DNA from: an uncultured Bacteroidales bacterium
GTDB taxonomy: Bacteria; Bacteroidota; Bacteroidia; Bacteroidales; DTU049
Direction: 5' to 3'
NCBI GenBank assembly: GCA_964388575.1
Contig: CAYMAZ010000008.1
Coordinates: forward strand, 1,821 to 65,820
Length of the DNA: 64,000 nucleotides
Positions 37,740 to 48,776 of this stretch are shown here, piece after piece. Within the stretch, counting starts at the first letter, position 1. Each line of letters starts with the position of its first letter. Under the pieces are notes generated by a model that did not search any database, was not told the DNA's origin, and worked only from the letters and a program-made list of their open reading frames with translations. Both the position numbers and the translations under genes were made by a program.

Positions 37740-39191
37740 ATGAAATCATATCCAAGAATCAAAAGGCCTCAACCGGTTATCCTCAGAAATGTGTTGATCA
37801 CTGATGCAGGCTCTGAAGGCAAAGCCATTGCAAAACACAACGGCATGGTAATTTTTATTCCATTCGGAGCACCGGGAGACAATGTTGATATTGAGATTAC
37901 CCTCAGGAGAAAAAGTTATTCTGAAGGAAAAATCATTCAAATCAACTCTCCTTCACCTTTTCGACAGGAGCCTTTTTGTGGTCATTTCGGATTATGCGGT
38001 GGATGCCGATGGCAACACATCACTTACAGGCAGCAACTCAGCATTAAACAAAAGCATGTCAGAGACAATCTGGAACGGATTGCAGGAATTCAGAATCCCA
38101 ATGTGCTTCCTATAGTTGGATCCGAAAAAGAAAAGTATTACCGAAACAAACTCGAATATACATTTGGGGATAGACGTTGGCTTACTTATGATGAAATTTC
38201 AAGCGAAACAGAGTTTGACCAGCGTTCCCTCGGTTTTCATATTCCAGGGCGTTTTGATAAAATTATTCATGTTCAGGAATGTTTTCTTCAACCCGATCCT
38301 TCAGACAGCATTCGAAATGAAGTATTTAAATTTGTCAAATCAAATGATATTCATTTTTTTAATCTCAAGGATAAAACCGGATATGCAAGAAATTTGATCA
38401 TACGTAACAATTCACTTGGTGAGGTCATGCTCATTTTTGTTGTAACAGAAAACAACGAGGAATTGCTTTCAAAATTTTCAGAACACATATCATCGAAATT
38501 TCCACAGATTATCTCAGTCTTTGCTGCCATCAATGATAAACTGAATGATTCACTTGAGGGCGTACCATTTATCCATTTGTTCGGAGATGAATATCTTACT
38601 GAGGAAATTGACGGGCTTCAATTCCATATTGCACCTTCTTCATTTTTTCAGACAAACACTGTCCAGGCTGTAAAATTATATCGCTCTGCTCTTGAACTTG
38701 CACAACTGAACGGCCATGAAGTTGTGTATGATCTTTACACTGGCACCGGAACAATTGCATCGATGTTTGCCAGAAAAGCAAAAAAAGTCATTGGAATCGA
38801 GTATATTGAATCTGCCATTCTTGATGGCAGAAAAAACATGGAACTCAACCAGATCGACAATGTTGAACTGTATCATGGGGATATGGCAAAACTTTTCAAC
38901 TTTAACTGGGCCAAACGGAAAGGATTTCCGGATGTTGTGGTTACAGATCCGCCAAGAGCCGGGATGCATCCTGATGTTGTTCACACCATTCTTGAACTTC
39001 AACCTGAAAAAATTGTTTACATTAGCTGTAATCCTGCCACACAAGCCAGAGATCTTGCAGCCATGACGAAAGACTACGATTTGGTCAGAGCACAACCATT
39101 TGATATGTTTCCGCAAACTCATCATGTTGAAAACATTGTGCTGCTCAGAAAAAAATCAGGGAATAAACCGGATAACACACACACTTCCTAA
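37740..39191 (+). CDS. rlmD: 23S rRNA (uracil-C5)-methyltransferase RlmD/RumA family
   Basis: TRAM domain, Fe-S cysteines (CGHFGLCGGCRWQH), SAM motif (DLYTGTGTI), and catalytic VYISCNP and TDPPRAG. Confidence 0.9.
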   Translation: MKSYPRIKRPQPVILRNVLITDAGSEGKAIAKHNGMVIFIPFGAPGDNVDIEITLRRKSYSEGKIIQINSPSPFRQEPFCGHFGLCGGCRWQHITYRQQLSIKQKHVRDNLERIAGIQNPNVLPIVGSEKEKYYRNKLEYTFGDRRWLTYDEISSETEFDQRSLGFHIPGRFDKIIHVQECFLQPDPSDSIRNEVFKFVKSNDIHFFNLKDKTGYARNLIIRNNSLGEVMLIFVVTENNEELLSKFSEHISSKFPQIISVFAAINDKLNDSLEGVPFIHLFGDEYLTEEIDGLQFHIAPSSFFQTNTVQAVKLYRSALELAQLNGHEVVYDLYTGTGTIASMFARKAKKVIGIEYIESAILDGRKNMELNQIDNVELYHGDMAKLFNFNWAKRKGFPDVVVTDPPRAGMHPDVVHTILELQPEKIVYISCNPATQARDLAAMTKDYDLVRAQPFDMFPQTHHVENIVLLRKKSGNKPDNTHTS

Positions 39192-39214
39192 AAAAATAAT
39201 CGTCATATACATCG

Positions 39215-40309
39215 CTAGTGTTTCATTAAAACAACAGTTTGTGTCTTGCCGTTCAGGCTGGATTGAAACATATATGTTCCAGTAGCCAGATCTGAAGTAT
39301 CAATATTCAATTGATTCATTCCGTTGTCAATAGAAATGTGCCCTTTGCCAACGATTTTTCCATCCAGAGAAAAAAGATTCCAGATCAGCTCTGAAGACTG
39401 GAATGAAAAAATATCCAAAAGAATCTGATCATGAAACGGAACGGGATAAATCCACATGTATGATTCTTCAGAGAAAGTCACATTCAGGCATTCATCAACA
39501 TGAACATTGACAGAATCGTGATTTGTACATGCCAATGAATCAGTAAAAGTGTAAGTAATCACCCAGTCTCCTGTTCCAGCAGCAGAAGGATCAAACATCA
39601 GTCCAGAAACACCATTCCCGTTAAAAACCCCTCCTGTTGGAATCCCGCTCATTATGATAACCGGACTGTAGATACAATAAAATGTATCTAACCCCTGAAT
39701 TGACACATCAGGCAAAGGGAAAACTGTCAGATTGAGCACATACACACTATCGCAACCAGGAGGATTTGTTGTTTCCAGACTATCATAATAAGTTCCAGCC
39801 TGATCACAGGTCATTCCTCTCCAAATCAACACATTATGTTCACAGATTGCTGTGTCAAGCACCTCTTCAAAATCTGTACATGGCAGTGGTGGTAAAAACT
39901 CTACAATAAATTCACCCTGAATATCATTTTTACTTTGACAAACAATTGAATTGTAGCCAGTTCCGCCCAATTTCCATCCGTTATCAACATCACATTCATA
40001 GATCCACACAATGTGCCATGCACCCATACCTGGTAAAGTCCGACCAAAACTATGAAGTGTAGGATTATCCAAAACAGCAAGTCTGCTCGTCCAGCCACCA
40101 GTGTTGAGCATTGCCTGTGCCGATGCATCTGCATTAAACCAGTTACCACCCTGAGATATCATTTTAAACCACGTTCCGGTTGTTGAATTATAAACTGCAT
40201 CACTGTGACCTGGGGGCTGGGCATATATTGATGATCCATAAATCAATGCAGTTGCAAACAGCATCAGAATCTTCAGTTTGACTGAATAAAAATTTTGTAG
40301 ATTTTTCAT
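39215..40309 (-). CDS. Secreted protein with a T9SS type-A C-terminal sorting domain; N-terminal lectin-like and Cys-rich modules
   Basis: Signal peptide. CTD-like tail (IYPVPFHDQILLDI...LFSLDGKIVGKG...LATGTYMFQSSLNGKTQTVVLMKH). Internal GCDSVYVLNLTVFP-type Cys-rich module. Confidence 0.7.
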   Translation of the reverse strand: MKNLQNFYSVKLKILMLFATALIYGSSIYAQPPGHSDAVYNSTTGTWFKMISQGGNWFNADASAQAMLNTGGWTSRLAVLDNPTLHSFGRTLPGMGAWHIVWIYECDVDNGWKLGGTGYNSIVCQSKNDIQGEFIVEFLPPLPCTDFEEVLDTAICEHNVLIWRGMTCDQAGTYYDSLETTNPPGCDSVYVLNLTVFPLPDVSIQGLDTFYCIYSPVIIMSGIPTGGVFNGNGVSGLMFDPSAAGTGDWVITYTFTDSLACTNHDSVNVHVDECLNVTFSEESYMWIYPVPFHDQILLDIFSFQSSELIWNLFSLDGKIVGKGHISIDNGMNQLNIDTSDLATGTYMFQSSLNGKTQTVVLMKH

Positions 40310-40342
40310 GTAAATAAAATTTAAATTATTGAATGGAATTGA

Positions 40343-41056
40343 TCATTTCTTCAAAATCTTCACTTCTGTCCTGCGGTTCAGACTTCGACCTTCATCCGTA
40401 TTGTTTGAAGCCACCGGTTTGGTATCTCCATATCCAACTGCAACAATTCTTTTCCCGGATATTCCGCTTCGGATCAGATAATTTCTGACAGCTTCTGCTC
40501 TATCCTGTGATAGCTTGATATTTGATGCACTGCTTCCGACATTATCTGTATGTCCTGAAATTTCAATTTCCATTGCTGGTTGAGCCTTTAGAAGTTCAAC
40601 CAGTTCATTAAGTGAAGTAAACGATTCCGGCATTAGAACACTTTTACCAAATTCAAAATACACATTTTCAAGTGTAAATATTCTGGAAGGTTCATAGGTG
40701 ATTTCAACTGAAAATGTAAACAAGCCCTTTTCTTCGGGAACTTCAAGCAATGCATAGTCTTTAGTTGTAAACAGATCCTTATACGACACTTCATAAACAT
40801 CTCTTTTGGGGAGTAGAATCACAGCTTTGCCATCAACTCCGGTCAGTACTATATAGGTCTTCTGAGTTCTTCTGCCAAAGAACTCAACAGTTTCATTGTG
40901 TAAAGGATTCAACTGATTGTCTGTAACCAGAATCTCTACAAGAACCTCACGTTCATTTGGCTCAGTATTTTGTGCATGAGAAGCAGAAAAGAACAAAGAC
41001 AAACCCAAAATTAAAATCAGCTTAGGATACGGTTGGAAGCATTTTTGAAAGCGCAT
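40343..41056 (-). CDS. OmpA-family peptidoglycan-binding protein
   Basis: Signal peptide and a C-terminal OmpA_C domain (VYFEFGKSVL...ISGHTDNVGSSASNIKLSQDRAEAV...NRRTEVKI). Confidence 0.88.
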   Translation of the reverse strand: MRFQKCFQPYPKLILILGLSLFFSASHAQNTEPNEREVLVEILVTDNQLNPLHNETVEFFGRRTQKTYIVLTGVDGKAVILLPKRDVYEVSYKDLFTTKDYALLEVPEEKGLFTFSVEITYEPSRIFTLENVYFEFGKSVLMPESFTSLNELVELLKAQPAMEIEISGHTDNVGSSASNIKLSQDRAEAVRNYLIRSGISGKRIVAVGYGDTKPVASNNTDEGRSLNRRTEVKILKK

Positions 41057-41082
41057 GATTTGCCGGGTTTTGTTGTTGTGAT

Positions 41083-42852
41083 TTATTTTTTTCTGACTTC
41101 AAATAACTTTTCAATTTCTGAGGCATACTTTTTTGCAATGTAACTACGTTTGAGCTTCAGAGTTGGAGTAAGTTCACCTCCGGCAATGGACCAGGGCTCT
41201 TTGAGTAGTTCAAAACGGATAATCTGCTCAGATTCTCCAAAGTTTTTATTGAATTTATTCACCTCCTTTTCAAATCTTTTCTTTATAACAGGGTTTTGAA
41301 CAACAAGTTCATCCGAACCATAATCAATACTTTTAACTTCACAATATGATTTGAGATGTGTAAATGAGGGGACAATAAGTGCACCGGCAAATTTTTGATT
41401 TTCACCGAAGACAATAATCTGTTCAATAAAGGGTGATTCCTTAAATTTATTTTCAATTACCTGGGGAGAAATATATTTTCCAGCAGATGTCTTGAAAATT
41501 TCCTTTTTGCGGTCAGTAATTCTGAGCTGACCCTCAGGTTCAAGTTTTCCAATATCTCCTGTTTTAAACCATCCGTCTTCTGTTATCACTTCAGCTGTCA
41601 TCTGAGGTTCCTTATAATATCCTTTCATCACATGCGGACCTCTTGTCAGAATTTCCCCATCATCAGCGATTTTCACTTCTACGTTTGGTAATGGAAGGCC
41701 AACCGTACCAAATTTAATCCCGTTTTTTTCAAATCGACTAACAGCAATCACAGGGGAAGTTTCAGTGAGTCCGTATCCTTCAAGCACACGAAAACCCGCT
41801 GCCCAGAACACCCTTGAAAGTCTTATCTGCAAGGCAGCTCCTCCGGAAACAATAAGGTCAAGATCTCCTCCCAATGCTTTACGCCATTTCTTAAAAACAA
41901 GCATTCTGGCAAAAAACAGTTGCAAATTATAGAACCAGTTATTTCCCTCTATCTTATATTTCAAACCCAGATTGACTGCCCAGAAAAAAATCTGTTTTAC
42001 AGGAAATTTCAGCTTTCTTCCCTTGAGCATAATTTTGTCAAAAATATTTTCGAGCAATCGGGGAACAGTCGTGATAATATGAGGTCTGATTTCAGCCAAC
42101 AGATCAGAGATATGTGCAACATTCTCAACATAGTATATAGAATACCCATTGTATTGGTACATATAATTCATCATTCTCTCATAGACATGACACATGGGCA
42201 GAAAGCTCAGCACACGATGCGTTTCAGGAGGAGGAACCCGATATGTTTCAAAAACATTACTTAAAATATTTGTGTGGCTCAGCATGACACCCTTCGGATT
42301 TCCGGTTGTTCCTGATGTATAAATAATTGTTGCAACCTCATCGGGCTGAATTAAAGCTGTAATCCTTTTCACTTCATCTTCATTCCGGTTGTTTTTGCCC
42401 ATCTCAATGAGATCTGCAATGTATTTTATTCCATTCAAATCTTTAAATGTATATACATCATTAATTTCAGAGATTTCATCTGCGATCGGTTTTACTTTTT
42501 CATATAACTCCTTCCCTGAAACAAAAACGAGTTTCGCCTCAGAATGCCTGAGAATATATCGGTAATCATTTTCACTTATTGTAGGATAAACAGGGACATG
42601 GATTGCTCCACACAACATAATTCCCATGTCTAGGAAATTCCATTCAGGGCGGTTATTGGTGATCGTGATTATTTTGTCACCTGGGTTGATCCCCAGATTT
42701 ATGAATGCATACGCAAGATTATATGCACTTTCATAATACGTTGTGCTATCATACGTTTTCCATTGGCCGTTTTCTTTCCCTCCAAATACAACCTCCTGAT
42801 AGCCTCTTGCTTTTATTCTTTCCAGTAAATCAAATAAACGTGTAACTTCCAT
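41083..42852 (-). CDS. Long-chain fatty acid--CoA ligase (AMP-dependent synthetase)
   Basis: 589 aa. AMP-binding motif YTSGTTGNPKGVMLSH, GYGLTETS, and TGDIG...RKKEIFKTSAGKYISP. Confidence 0.88.
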   Translation of the reverse strand: MEVTRLFDLLERIKARGYQEVVFGGKENGQWKTYDSTTYYESAYNLAYAFINLGINPGDKIITITNNRPEWNFLDMGIMLCGAIHVPVYPTISENDYRYILRHSEAKLVFVSGKELYEKVKPIADEISEINDVYTFKDLNGIKYIADLIEMGKNNRNEDEVKRITALIQPDEVATIIYTSGTTGNPKGVMLSHTNILSNVFETYRVPPPETHRVLSFLPMCHVYERMMNYMYQYNGYSIYYVENVAHISDLLAEIRPHIITTVPRLLENIFDKIMLKGRKLKFPVKQIFFWAVNLGLKYKIEGNNWFYNLQLFFARMLVFKKWRKALGGDLDLIVSGGAALQIRLSRVFWAAGFRVLEGYGLTETSPVIAVSRFEKNGIKFGTVGLPLPNVEVKIADDGEILTRGPHVMKGYYKEPQMTAEVITEDGWFKTGDIGKLEPEGQLRITDRKKEIFKTSAGKYISPQVIENKFKESPFIEQIIVFGENQKFAGALIVPSFTHLKSYCEVKSIDYGSDELVVQNPVIKKRFEKEVNKFNKNFGESEQIIRFELLKEPWSIAGGELTPTLKLKRSYIAKKYASEIEKLFEVRKK

Positions 42853-42868
42853 ATTGTTCGATTTGTAA

Positions 42869-42876
42869 CAAAAATA
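42869..42876 (-). promoter_or_regulatory. Putative -7 box (TATTTTTG)
   Basis: Exact TAnnTTTG match 16 nt upstream of ATG 42852. Confidence 0.45.
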
Positions 42877-42918
42877 CGATTCTTATTAATGAATGATCAG
42901 TTTTATAATATCTCAATG

Positions 42919-43677
42919 TTATAAATTTTTGTTAAAAATTTGTGCGCTCGCTTGTTGAGAGGGCATAACAAGAATATCATTTATGTTTACATGTAGTGGT
43001 CTTGTTGCACAAAAATAGACAACTTCAGCCACATCAGCAGGTGTTAAAGGGGTATACCCATCATAAACTGCAGATGCTTTTGCCTCATCACCATTATATC
43101 TCACTTTACTGAATTCTGTATTCACAGCACCCGGAGAAACCTGAGTTACTTTAATACCAGAGGTCAGCAAATCTATACGCATTGCTTTAGTGAGTGCATC
43201 AACAGCATGTTTGGTTGCACAATAAATATTCCCTTTGGGATAAACTTCTCGACCGGCGATGCTGCCAATATTGACAATATGTCCCTGACCTGGAATCATC
43301 AATGGAAGTACTGATTTTGTTACCCACAACATCCCTTTGACATTGGTATCAATCATGACCTCCCAGTCTTCTTCATCGCCCTGATCAAGTGTATTGAGAC
43401 CAAGAGCAAGTCCTGCATTGTTAATTAAAACGGAAATATTTTTCCATTCATCAGGTAACGAATGTATTACATCTTGTACCTTTTTTCTGTTTCTCACATC
43501 AAGCTGAACAGGGTAACACAATATATTGTATTCTTTCATAATTGCATCCGAAATAGTTTCAATTCTGTCTTTTCGTCTTGCAACAAGAATGACTTTATAA
43601 CCATTTACTGCAAATATCCTGGCACATGCTTCTCCAATGCCACTACTGGCACCAGTAATAAAAACTGTTTTGTTCAT
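42919..43677 (-). CDS. SDR-family NAD(P)-dependent oxidoreductase (YdfG-like)
   Basis: TGASSGIG, NNAG, YCATKHA. Confidence 0.88.
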   Translation of the reverse strand: MNKTVFITGASSGIGEACARIFAVNGYKVILVARRKDRIETISDAIMKEYNILCYPVQLDVRNRKKVQDVIHSLPDEWKNISVLINNAGLALGLNTLDQGDEEDWEVMIDTNVKGMLWVTKSVLPLMIPGQGHIVNIGSIAGREVYPKGNIYCATKHAVDALTKAMRIDLLTSGIKVTQVSPGAVNTEFSKVRYNGDEAKASAVYDGYTPLTPADVAEVVYFCATRPLHVNINDILVMPSQQASAQIFNKNL

Positions 43678-43684
43678 ATGAATG

Positions 43685-44995
43685 CTATTTTATTTTTACA
43701 ATTCCGGCAAATTTCTTATTTAATTTTTCACTATCAATCATTTGTATCAAAATCACAAATAAAAACATATATCCAATAACCTTATATCTTACAACAGCAC
43801 CCATAACTGGCGTCGAAAGACCAACAAGTGCAAAAAAAAGAATCGCAAAAGTGGCACTAAACCAAAACAATGGATCTGTTTTGAAACTTTCACGAATCAC
43901 AAAGAAAAATAAAACCAATGAAATCAAAAAAATCAGGTTTTCAACAGAAACAAATATCATAAACAGATTATGGCTGTCAATAAAAAACGGGCGAAACAAC
44001 ACATTCAAAAATGCAGAAGGAAGAGCTGCTATAAAACTCCGGATTGAAGGTTCCAAAGCAGAACTGTTTACTAAACTTCCGGCATCAATTGAATTTGCAA
44101 AGTTGATAAAATCATTTTGCTGACGCACAAACATCTCAACAAAATTCAGACCGGGGAATAACTGATGAAAATTCCAGATCAGTATCACAAAACCTGTGAC
44201 AGTGAGAAAATACTTCATAAATACATATTTAGGCTTTTGCTTCAATGTCCAGAGAAAGGAGATAATACCGGGAATCAAACAGAATAAAACATACACTTTG
44301 ACAGAACCCATAATGAGTATAAAAAGAATACACAAAAAAAGATCACGGGCTTTAAATTCACCTCTCATCATTTTCATAAATGTATACATAAATCCTCCCA
44401 AAGCAAACACAATAAGTGCTTCTTTAGAAATTCCCGATGTCCAGAAAATCAATGAAGGAAAAAACATCAGTGCCACAAACAAAATTTTCTCACTGACCGG
44501 ATTGTTCAATTGAATTGATCTGTAAAACAAAAAAATTCCCAAATATCCAAGTATAACAAATAGCAGGACATTAGCATAAAATGAACCCAATGTAAACAGA
44601 ATCAGGAACGCATTCCATCGCACCATTGTTCTGTTGTCATTTGGAAGCAAATGGTCATGGGACTTATACCAGGTATTCATTTTCATATAATAGGTCCCAT
44701 TAATTTCTTTGGTATGATCACCAATGCCTGCTAACATTCTGAAAAAATCCTGAGGATTATCCGACAATGCAGAATACATAATTCTGGCATCATCATAATA
44801 CCTGTACATATCCGCAGTTTTCCTGTCCTGATAATAATGAGTATAAATAACTATAAATAACGAAGCCAGAAAAAGTCTGTACGAAATTGAAATCAACAAA
44901 AGTTTTTTGCTGATTTGTGTTTTCGAAAAAAACGGTACTTTAAAAACAATCAGCAAAAACAGAAAAAGATAAACGATTGCAACAAGAATATCCAA
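43685..44995 (-). CDS. Polytopic integral membrane protein, function unknown
   Basis: 436 aa with at least 10 hydrophobic helices. TTG start 5 nt after the purL stop; its stop is 7 nt before the SDR gene start. Confidence 0.5.
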   Translation of the reverse strand: MDILVAIVYLFLFLLIVFKVPFFSKTQISKKLLLISISYRLFLASLFIVIYTHYYQDRKTADMYRYYDDARIMYSALSDNPQDFFRMLAGIGDHTKEINGTYYMKMNTWYKSHDHLLPNDNRTMVRWNAFLILFTLGSFYANVLLFVILGYLGIFLFYRSIQLNNPVSEKILFVALMFFPSLIFWTSGISKEALIVFALGGFMYTFMKMMRGEFKARDLFLCILFILIMGSVKVYVLFCLIPGIISFLWTLKQKPKYVFMKYFLTVTGFVILIWNFHQLFPGLNFVEMFVRQQNDFINFANSIDAGSLVNSSALEPSIRSFIAALPSAFLNVLFRPFFIDSHNLFMIFVSVENLIFLISLVLFFFVIRESFKTDPLFWFSATFAILFFALVGLSTPVMGAVVRYKVIGYMFLFVILIQMIDSEKLNKKFAGIVKIK

Positions 44996-45000
44996 ATCAG

Positions 45001-48000
45001 TTATTTGAGGTTCAGTTTTTCTTCAATCCATTGACGTGCAGCGACAAAAGACATCATCCACGGACTCACAACATCTTCATGCCTGTTTTCAGGATAGTGT
45101 GCCCATTGCCATGGAAATAGTGAACGTTCAATGTGGGGCATAATGGCAAGATGTCTGCCATCATCAGAACAAATTCCTGCAGCGGAATACTCAGAGCCGT
45201 TAGGATTACCCGGCAACTCATCATATGAATATTTCATGCAGATGTTGTAGTGTTCTTCAAGGTGAGGGAATCTAAATTTCCCTTCTCCGTGTGCAATCCA
45301 AACCCCAAGCTTTGTCCCAACCAACGGTTTCATCATCACTGATTCAGTCTCCCTGACCTGTACACTTATGAAACCTGATTCAAACTTACCGGTATCATTA
45401 TGCAGCATTTTGGGTTTTAAACGATCACGGGGTGTAATGAGACCCAACTCCATCATCAGCTGACATCCGTTACACACACCCAAGCTTAAAGTATCTGATC
45501 TGTTGTAAAAATTCTCAAGAGCTGTTCTTGCTTTTTCATTAAACATAAAGGCTCCTGCCCATCCTTTTGCTGATCCAAGCACATCTGAATTACTGAATCC
45601 ACCCACAAAAACAATCATATTGACATCCTCAAGAGTTTCCAGTCCGGAAACCAAATCTGTCATGTGCACATCCTTCACACTGAATCCGGCATGATGCAGT
45701 GAATATGCCATTTCACGGTCTCCGTTAACTCCTTTTTCCCTGATAATAGCCACTTTTGCACTTTTTTCAATCGATTTACGATTTTTCCTTAACATCTGAT
45801 CAAATGTCCCTTTAAAATTCTCAGGAAACGCATATTCCAATGTGTGGAATTTAAAATTTTGCATCCTTTGTTTAGCCATTGCCTGTCCACTCTGCAGTTT
45901 ATCCATGTGATAAGAGGGAGCAAACCAAACCTCACGCCAGTAATCAATTTCGAAAAATTCATACTGTATGTTCTTTATAATCTTTAGAATTCTTTCTGGG
46001 ATGACACGACCAATAATGTGAAAATCCACATTTCTCAATATCAGTTCATCAATAACCCTTTTGGAATCACTCACCTGGATAACAACTCCAGGGTTCTCAC
46101 TGAAGAGGATTTTTATAATATCCAATTCTGTCACAGAAGATAAGTTGATATCCAACCCAACTTTGGGATTTGCAAAACACATTTCAAGAAGAGACGTGAT
46201 CAGTCCCCCGCTACCAATATCATGTCCGGCAAGGATGTATTTTTCTTTAATGAAATGCTGAATCAGGTTGAAAGTTTTAACAAACTGTTTTGTATCGGTG
46301 ATTTGTGGAACTTTATTTCCGACAGCACTTAATGTCTGATAAAAAGCACTCCCCCCAAGTTCTCTGTTATCACTGGAAAATTTAACATAAATCAGAGTTG
46401 AGTAATAGTCAGTTTTCAGTACAGGCTTTACAACCTTTTTCACATCCAATACTTCGGCAGCAGTAGAAACGATCACAGTTCCCGGAGCCACAACTTTAGA
46501 ACCGTCCGGATATTTCTGGGTCATAAACATTGAATCCTTACCTGTCGGCACAGGAATACCCAGCTCAATTGCAAAATCACTTAATCCTTTCACTGCTTTA
46601 TATAATCTGTCAGCCTCACCCGGTTGATCGGAAGGCCACATCCAGTTTGCACTAAGGGATACTCCGCAAAGTCCGCTCTTCAATGGAGCCCAGATGAGGT
46701 TTGTCAATGCTTCAGCAACTGCAAGTCGGCTCCCGGCAACCGGATCGATCATTCCAGCTACAGGAGCATGACCAATGGACGTTGCAACACCTGCCGTTCC
46801 AGTATAATCAATAGAACAAACCCCAAGATTATTAATCGGTAATTGCACTTCCCCACAGCACTGTTGTAGTGCAATCTTTCCGGTTACGGACCTGTCAACT
46901 TTATTTGTCAACCAATCTTTACTCCCTACAGACTCAAGCCTTAATACGTTTCGAAGATATGAATTAAACTTATGAAGCTGATATTCAGGTTCATGAAATA
47001 CCCTCTTTATTGATATATCATTAATCGTTGATTTTGGTGGATGTCCAAAAAGTAGATTCAGCTTCAACTCAATGGGATTGACTTTACCGCGACCTTTAAA
47101 TACCAGCTTTTTATGTGATGAAACCTCTCCTGCAATATAAATCGGAGCTCTTTCACGACTGGCAATTCTTTTTAAATATTCAATATGTTTTGGTTTCACA
47201 AGCAAACCCATTCTTTCCTGAGATTCGTTACAAACAACTTCTTTATCCGAAAGACTGGGATCTCCGATTGGGAGTTCATCAATATTTATAATACCGCCGG
47301 TTTCCTCAACAAGTTCAGAAAAACAATTCAAATGGCCTCCTGCTCCGTGATCATGAACAGAAATAATTGGGTTACTGTGGTCTTCAACCAAAGCCCTTAT
47401 AACATTAAATACACGCTTTTGCATTTCCGGATTAGCCCTCTGAACAGCATTGAGTTCAATGGAGTTTGACAGCTCACCAGTACTCACCGATGACACAGCA
47501 CCTCCGCCCATTCCGATCCGGTAATTGTCACCACCAATCATGATGATGGCATCACCACTTTTCCCAAATCCCTTCTGAGCATATTGTCGAATCGTATACC
47601 CAACTCCTCCGGCAAGCATAATCACTTTGTCAAACCCAAAACACTCCTGATTCTCAGCATGTTCAAAAGTCAAAACACTACCACATATCAGAGGTTGTCC
47701 AAATTTGTTTCCGAAATCACTTGCTCCTGTTGATGCTTTACTTAGAATCTGATCAGGCGACTGATACAGCCAGGGACGGGGATCTATGTTTTTCTCCCAG
47801 GGCTTACTATTTTTATGTCTCGAATATGCTGTACAATATACTGCTGTTCCGGCCAGTGGGATACTACCCCTTCCCCCAGCCATTCTGTCTCTGATTTCTC
47901 CCCCGCTCCCTGTTGAAGCACCGTAGAAGGGCTCTACAGTTGTTGGAAAATTATGTGTCTCCGCCTTCAGTGAAATGACTGTCTCATCATTTTTTATCAC

Positions 48001-48696
48001 AAAATAACTTGATTCATCCTGCTTTGCAACAGTAAAGATTTCTGCTGCAGGACCCTTAAAAAAAGCAACATTATCTGAATATGCTGAGACAATATGTGTT
48101 GGATTTTTTGCTGTGGTTTTCTTGATAAGTTCGAAAAGCGTTTCTTTTTGTGTTTCTCCGTCAAGAACAAATGTCCCGTTAAAAATTTTATGTCTGCAAT
48201 GCTCAGAGTTGACCTGTGAAAAACCATATACCTCGGTATCTGTAAGCTTTCTGCCCAACTTTTTACAAACAAATTCAAGATATTTGATTTCACTTTTACT
48301 TAAGGCCAGGCCATGTGATTCGTTGTATTCTTCAAGATTGTCAATAAACATCACATCCTCAGGCTGAGCTTCAATATTAAATATGTTCTGATCAAGATCG
48401 TGATATATTGACTGCAACATTCTGTCATAATGAATTTGTTCATCATTACAGATTCTAAACTCTTCCATCCGCTCTATATTCTGAACACCCATGTTTCTAC
48501 AAATTTCAACAGCATTTGTACTCCAAGGTGTAATCATTTCACGTCTGGGGCCAACAAATATTCCTTCCATAATCTCATCTTTCTGTAAAATTGCATCAGA
48601 AAGCAACCACTCTAACTTATCTAAATCGTCTTCTGTGGGGGTAGATCTGAAAAAAACAGCATAATAAATTTTTCTCTGAACAAAGAACCGTATCAT
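45001..48696 (-). CDS. purL: Phosphoribosylformylglycinamidine synthase (single-chain large PurL)
   Basis: 1231 aa. AETHNFPT, GGEIRD and VHDHGAGG motifs, with a C-terminal glutamine amidotransferase (GVCNGCQ). Confidence 0.97.
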   Translation of the reverse strand: MIRFFVQRKIYYAVFFRSTPTEDDLDKLEWLLSDAILQKDEIMEGIFVGPRREMITPWSTNAVEICRNMGVQNIERMEEFRICNDEQIHYDRMLQSIYHDLDQNIFNIEAQPEDVMFIDNLEEYNESHGLALSKSEIKYLEFVCKKLGRKLTDTEVYGFSQVNSEHCRHKIFNGTFVLDGETQKETLFELIKKTTAKNPTHIVSAYSDNVAFFKGPAAEIFTVAKQDESSYFVIKNDETVISLKAETHNFPTTVEPFYGASTGSGGEIRDRMAGGRGSIPLAGTAVYCTAYSRHKNSKPWEKNIDPRPWLYQSPDQILSKASTGASDFGNKFGQPLICGSVLTFEHAENQECFGFDKVIMLAGGVGYTIRQYAQKGFGKSGDAIIMIGGDNYRIGMGGGAVSSVSTGELSNSIELNAVQRANPEMQKRVFNVIRALVEDHSNPIISVHDHGAGGHLNCFSELVEETGGIINIDELPIGDPSLSDKEVVCNESQERMGLLVKPKHIEYLKRIASRERAPIYIAGEVSSHKKLVFKGRGKVNPIELKLNLLFGHPPKSTINDISIKRVFHEPEYQLHKFNSYLRNVLRLESVGSKDWLTNKVDRSVTGKIALQQCCGEVQLPINNLGVCSIDYTGTAGVATSIGHAPVAGMIDPVAGSRLAVAEALTNLIWAPLKSGLCGVSLSANWMWPSDQPGEADRLYKAVKGLSDFAIELGIPVPTGKDSMFMTQKYPDGSKVVAPGTVIVSTAAEVLDVKKVVKPVLKTDYYSTLIYVKFSSDNRELGGSAFYQTLSAVGNKVPQITDTKQFVKTFNLIQHFIKEKYILAGHDIGSGGLITSLLEMCFANPKVGLDINLSSVTELDIIKILFSENPGVVIQVSDSKRVIDELILRNVDFHIIGRVIPERILKIIKNIQYEFFEIDYWREVWFAPSYHMDKLQSGQAMAKQRMQNFKFHTLEYAFPENFKGTFDQMLRKNRKSIEKSAKVAIIREKGVNGDREMAYSLHHAGFSVKDVHMTDLVSGLETLEDVNMIVFVGGFSNSDVLGSAKGWAGAFMFNEKARTALENFYNRSDTLSLGVCNGCQLMMELGLITPRDRLKPKMLHNDTGKFESGFISVQVRETESVMMKPLVGTKLGVWIAHGEGKFRFPHLEEHYNICMKYSYDELPGNPNGSEYSAAGICSDDGRHLAIMPHIERSLFPWQWAHYPENRHEDVVSPWMMSFVAARQWIEEKLNLK

Positions 48697-48715
48697 AGGG
48701 TTTCAATTATTTTGA

Positions 48716-48723
48716 CAAACATA
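48716..48723 (-). promoter_or_regulatory. Putative -7 box (TATGTTTG) for the purL operon
   Basis: Exact TAnnTTTG match 19 nt upstream of ATG 48696. Confidence 0.45.
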
Positions 48724-48776
48724 ATTTTTTTTTTTGTAAACAACAAAATTTTTTATTCTTCTCATTCATTCAATTT

